Shown here: positions 60,436 through 64,000 of the stretch, one piece after another
Numbering within the stretch: position 1 is the first letter of the stretch
Layout of the letters: every line of letters starts with the position of its first letter
From: Leptospira sp.
GTDB lineage: Bacteria; Spirochaetota; Leptospiria; Leptospirales; Leptospiraceae
Reading direction: 5' to 3'
Length of the DNA stretch: 64,000 nucleotides
Assembly: GCA_034439575.1 (NCBI GenBank)
Contig: JAWXAQ010000035.1
Location: 1 to 64,000, forward strand
Program-made: the position numbers and the translations under genes
Notes under the pieces: model-generated
Database searches by the model: none
Told to the model about the DNA's origin: nothing
The model's input: only the letters and a program-made list of their open reading frames with translations

Positions 60436-61233
60436 CTAAAATACATTCCCTTCACCTGGAAATATATTTTTGACAACTTCTTCATGGTATAAATTTACCG
60501 AATCTCGTATAACAGTCGATAAATCCACATATTTTTTTAAGAACTTGGGTTTAAAACTTTCATTCATGCCCAGTAAATCTTGCATCACAAGAACTTGCCC
60601 CGAAGTCATTCGACCAGCGCCAATTCCGATCGTAGGAATGCCTGCGGTTTCTGTAATTTCCTGACCCAAAGATTCTGGTATCATTTCAAGTACGATGGCA
60701 AAAGCCCCTGCTTCGGCTAGAGCCTTTGCTTTTTGAATCATTCGCAAACGTGACTCTTCTGTTTTGCCTTGAACTCTATGACCACCTAAGGTATGTACAG
60801 ATTGAGGAGTTAAACCTAAATGAGAAAAAACCGGAACACCCATCTCTGTTAGACGGCGAGTTAGTTCGATCACAAGATCAGAATCCCCTTCCAATTTCAC
60901 ACAATCAGCCGTCGTTTCTTTCATGATTCTGCCAGCATTGCGAATGCCTTCTTCTATTGATGTCTGGTAAGAAAGAAAGGGCATATCTGCAATGACTGTT
61001 TTTTCAGGTGCCCCTTTGCAAACGGCCTTTGTATGATATATGATATCTTCAACAGTTACAGGAATGGTTGAACCATGCCCTTGGATCACATTGCCCATAG
61101 AATCACCTATCAAAATCGAATCAACTTCCGTCTGTGCAAATAGTCTCGCGAAACTATAGTCATAACAAGTGATGACCGAGATCGGAACTTTGGACTCGTA
61201 TTTTTTTTTAAACTGAAGTATGATATTTTTCAT
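60436..61233 (-). CDS. panB: 3-methyl-2-oxobutanoate hydroxymethyltransferase
   Basis: TCYDY, IGDSMG, ADMPF, VKLEG, HLGLTPQ, GIGAG. Confidence 0.96.
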   Translation of the reverse strand: MKNIILQFKKKYESKVPISVITCYDYSFARLFAQTEVDSILIGDSMGNVIQGHGSTIPVTVEDIIYHTKAVCKGAPEKTVIADMPFLSYQTSIEEGIRNAGRIMKETTADCVKLEGDSDLVIELTRRLTEMGVPVFSHLGLTPQSVHTLGGHRVQGKTEESRLRMIQKAKALAEAGAFAIVLEMIPESLGQEITETAGIPTIGIGAGRMTSGQVLVMQDLLGMNESFKPKFLKKYVDLSTVIRDSVNLYHEEVVKNIFPGEGNVF

Positions 61234-61681
61234 ATACTGATTCCTGAAATAGAGAATAAATCTCAGACTCACCCATCTCACCTAATATCTGTCTAATGAA
61301 AGGACGAGTATATAAAGAATGGTGTGGTAAAATCAAAAAATCCGTTTCCATGACAACGGCTTCATAAGTTAAAATATCTATATCTATCTCCCTTGGTCCC
61401 TTCCAAGATCTATGTTTTCTGCCCAATTTGTCTTCAATCGATAGTAAGGTATCCAATAAACATGGTAAGGTGAAACTCGGAGAAACATGAATTTTTAATA
61501 TCTGGTTTAAAAAATTTGGTTGGTTTGTATTTTCTAAAGGTGCGGTTTCTAATCGTTTAGATTCAGAAATGATTCTGATTTCAGGTAATCGTGAAATTTC
61601 CCATACTGCCTGTTCCATAAAATGAACTCGATCACCAATGTTTGAACCCAGTGAAAGAAAGGCAATATTCGCAAATTTCAT
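61208..61681 (-). CDS. folK: 2-amino-4-hydroxy-6-hydroxymethyldihydropteridine diphosphokinase
   Basis: LSLGSNIG, FLNQI, GPREIDIDIL, LPH. Confidence 0.93.
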   Translation of the reverse strand: MKFANIAFLSLGSNIGDRVHFMEQAVWEISRLPEIRIISESKRLETAPLENTNQPNFLNQILKIHVSPSFTLPCLLDTLLSIEDKLGRKHRSWKGPREIDIDILTYEAVVMETDFLILPHHSLYTRPFIRQILGEMGESEIYSLFQESVYEKYHTSV

Positions 61682-62550
61682 ATCATCTTTTCCGTTGAAA
61701 ATTTCATACGGTAATCTGGACATTTGAGTTGTATCTCTTTTGTCATTTCATTCAAACGAGAAAAAATGCGACCTTGCCCACGCTCTTTCCATTCAACAAG
61801 GGAATGATTTGAAGTAAGTAATGTCAGTTTATCTTGTTCATAACGGCTATCAATTAGATCGTATAACTTTCGATTGCTGAATTCGGATTCTTTTTGTATT
61901 CCAAAATCGTCAATGACGAGCACGTCAACATTGGCCAATTCGCGTTCGATAAATCGTTCTTGGCCATGAGTCTCGCTATCTGGCTGGTAAGTGTCACGTA
62001 TGGCGGATAAAAAATCTTTATTAACCTTGGCATACTTGCACTGAATTCCATATCGGAAAATAAGTTCGTTTAATATAACACAGGCGAGAAGTGTTTTTCC
62101 AGAACCTGTGCCACCCCATAAATAAAATCCTTTTCGAAGAAAAGATGGGTTTTGAAATTCATGAACCAGTTCATTGGCCCAATCATGAGCTACAATAAAA
62201 GATAAATCAGGATCACTACTGGTTTCCCCAAGATCAATCGTTGATAAAAATTGAAATCTATAACGTGGAGGAATATTTGCTTTTTCTACTAAAGTCTCAC
62301 TTTTTCTGATCGAAAAACGCGCATTATGACAGACACAAGGAAGCATTTTGTCTTGAGAACGATCAAATACTAGATAAGGAGCTTGGCCTTTCGCTTCACA
62401 AGTGTTACAGTCGCTACCAACACAATGACAAAGCGATAAGGCTCCAGATCTAGAACCTCTGACATGCTCGACAAGAGTAAAGCCTACGCCACCACAGGAT
62501 TTACACTGAGGATTTCCATCGCGGAGTGTGATAATTTCTGATAGATTCAT
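61678..62550 (-). CDS. DnaC/IstB-like AAA+ ATPase with Cys-rich N-terminus
   Basis: CKSCGG...PCVC, GGTGSGKT, LVIDDFG, IDSRY, TSN, SRL. Confidence 0.85.
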   Translation of the reverse strand: MNLSEIITLRDGNPQCKSCGGVGFTLVEHVRGSRSGALSLCHCVGSDCNTCEAKGQAPYLVFDRSQDKMLPCVCHNARFSIRKSETLVEKANIPPRYRFQFLSTIDLGETSSDPDLSFIVAHDWANELVHEFQNPSFLRKGFYLWGGTGSGKTLLACVILNELIFRYGIQCKYAKVNKDFLSAIRDTYQPDSETHGQERFIERELANVDVLVIDDFGIQKESEFSNRKLYDLIDSRYEQDKLTLLTSNHSLVEWKERGQGRIFSRLNEMTKEIQLKCPDYRMKFSTEKMI

Positions 62551-62781
62551 GGGCTAAAAACAAATTTCCCCATCTTCCTCGCCTGTCAAGGAATGAGAAT
62601 TTGTATAGCAAAACCGAATTATGTCCCTTCAAATCTCATCTTTCTAAAATTTTATCAAATAAAATGGTTTTTTTCGTGCTTTAATCGTTATTATTGACCC
62701 AGAGGCATCCGATACTTTCTTTGAAGAGAAAGATTTCTATCTCCTCTTTAAATATTGAAAGAGAAAAAGGGTCAAACGACT

Positions 62782-63678
62782 ATGAAGATTTTTAAATATC
62801 TCCTCATTCTCCATCTGGTATTGGCTGGTAGTGCAGTATTTGCACAGGATACCAATGCAGCAGACAGCCAAGCGGCTAAAGATCAGGTCGACGAACTACT
62901 GAAAGGTGAGCTCGTTCCTGAAAATGATGACGCTGAGTTAACTGCACCGCAGAAGGAACTTAAAAAGAAGACTATGGAAGATGAGTCTCTTTGGAACAAT
63001 CCAGATTACAAAGGTTACAACAAAACTTTTCAAGAGTTACACCAACTTTCAAAAACTTTTGCTAACAACCAATTTCGATTGGCACTATCCAACTATCAGT
63101 CTGGTGTAAACACAGTTCTCAAAAACAGAGAATGGACTGAACAGTACCGCAAAGAAGAAGCTGAAAAGAAGCGTCTTGATGAAAAATGGTACTGGCAAAA
63201 AGTGGATCGCCGCGCTAAAGAAGAACGAGTTGTTTCTCGTGAAAAAATGAAAGCGAAACAAGACTCGCTTAATTACTTCTCAAAAGCTATCAATCATTTA
63301 GATGAAATTAAAAACCCTGACCTAAGAGAAAGACCAGAATTTAAGAGATTACTTTCTGATGTGTATCGTTCTTGGATCATGGCTGAGTATGATATGCAAA
63401 ACCTTCCACAGTGTATCCCGATCCTCGAACTTTATATCGAGATTGATGATAACGAAAAGGAATATCCTGCTCACAAATACCTTGCTAGCTGTTATTCTTT
63501 CGAAGAAAACATGATGAAAAAGTCCAAAGGACCAGACGACATGCTCTTCAAATACAGATACAAGAAAAACGTTCACCTACTCCGTGCTACTGAGTTAAAA
63601 TATGGAAAAGATTCTCCTGAATACAAACATATCGTTAACATCATCAACAAGGATGAGGTTATTTCGGTAGCTCAATAA
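62782..63678 (+). CDS. fcpA: Flagellar coiling protein A
   Basis: Recognised Leptospira FcpA sequence ([14 protein letters not shown]...[12 protein letters not shown]...[15 protein letters not shown]). Confidence 0.88.
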   Translation: MKIFKYLLILHLVLAGSAVFAQDTNAADSQAAKDQVDELLKGELVPENDDAELTAPQKELKKKTMEDESLWNNPDYKGYNKTFQELHQLSKTFANNQFRLALSNYQSGVNTVLKNREWTEQYRKEEAEKKRLDEKWYWQKVDRRAKEERVVSREKMKAKQDSLNYFSKAINHLDEIKNPDLRERPEFKRLLSDVYRSWIMAEYDMQNLPQCIPILELYIEIDDNEKEYPAHKYLASCYSFEENMMKKSKGPDDMLFKYRYKKNVHLLRATELKYGKDSPEYKHIVNIINKDEVISVAQ

Positions 63679-63704
63679 TCCCGAAACATCTCTTTCAATG
63701 AAAG

Positions 63705-63731
63705 AACCCGGTCCATTGGCCGGGTTTTTTT
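63705..63731 (+). terminator. Intrinsic terminator after fcpA
   Basis: AACCCGG-loop-CCGGGTTTTTTT. Confidence 0.85.
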
Positions 63732-63743
63732 GTATCCATTTCC

Positions 63744-64000
63744 TTATTTGATTTCTTTCAATAATTGTTTGGAAGGCAATCGAAACAAATTTAATATTCC
63801 AATTTGGTAAATCACAAGGGTAATTATGATAACGCCAATAAACACCAAAACCAAATTCCCCCATGGAATCACTGGCCGAAGCTCTAGAATATATCGATTT
63901 AAAATTTCATTTCCAATCAGTGAATAAACAAATCCTATCAAAAATGCAATCGTAGAGATAAGTAGTCCTTCTCGCAAAAAATGCATACTAAGAAAACGAG
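63744..64000 (-). CDS. 3' end of a membrane protein, probably an ABC permease (FtsX-like); partial
   Basis: FLREG followed by two TM helices; frame runs off the window end. Confidence 0.55.
   Translation of the reverse strand, partial: RFLSMHFLREGLLISTIAFLIGFVYSLIGNEILNRYILELRPVIPWGNLVLVFIGVIIITLVIYQIGILNLFRLPSKQLLKEIK

Noticed and set aside
61678-62550. IS21 element (IstB)
   Set aside because: No IstA transposase or terminal inverted repeats; the gene overlaps folK in a housekeeping operon
1-64000. tRNA or rRNA genes
   Set aside because: None recognised by eye; tRNAscan-SE and barrnap were not run

Overview
AT-rich bacterial chromosome segment, almost certainly Leptospira (fcpA, 53-aa rpmH, Leptospira-type 7TM-PP2C and membrane AraC genes). 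Most of it is housekeeping and signalling: ftsQ (partial), a secreted caspase-family protease next to an MBOAT/SGNH pair, recQ, three c-di-GMP enzymes, a dihydroorotase-like gene, pheT, an ECF sigma cluster, rpmH-rnpA-yidD-yidC-jag-mnmE, an RND transporter, an ABC-F protein, DAHP synthase, a PemK/MazF TA pair, panB, folK and fcpA. The unusual part is an accessory hotspot at about 32.0-36.95 kb, just upstream of rpmH. It holds an Rpn (YhgA-like) nuclease with an internal RBS+ATG, an apparently 5'-truncated LAS/M15-type peptidase tip with an SH3 partner flanked by 11-bp direct repeats, and two interleaved structured repeat families. Family A (5 copies, ~96 bp, all + strand) folds with covariation and G-U pairs and presents GGA motifs matching the CsrA/RsmA binding consensus in hairpin loops. 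Family B (CCTGCACCACCGATC...GAGGTGCCC) brackets cassette-like genes. All calls come from reading the sequence and recognising motifs; no database searches were run.
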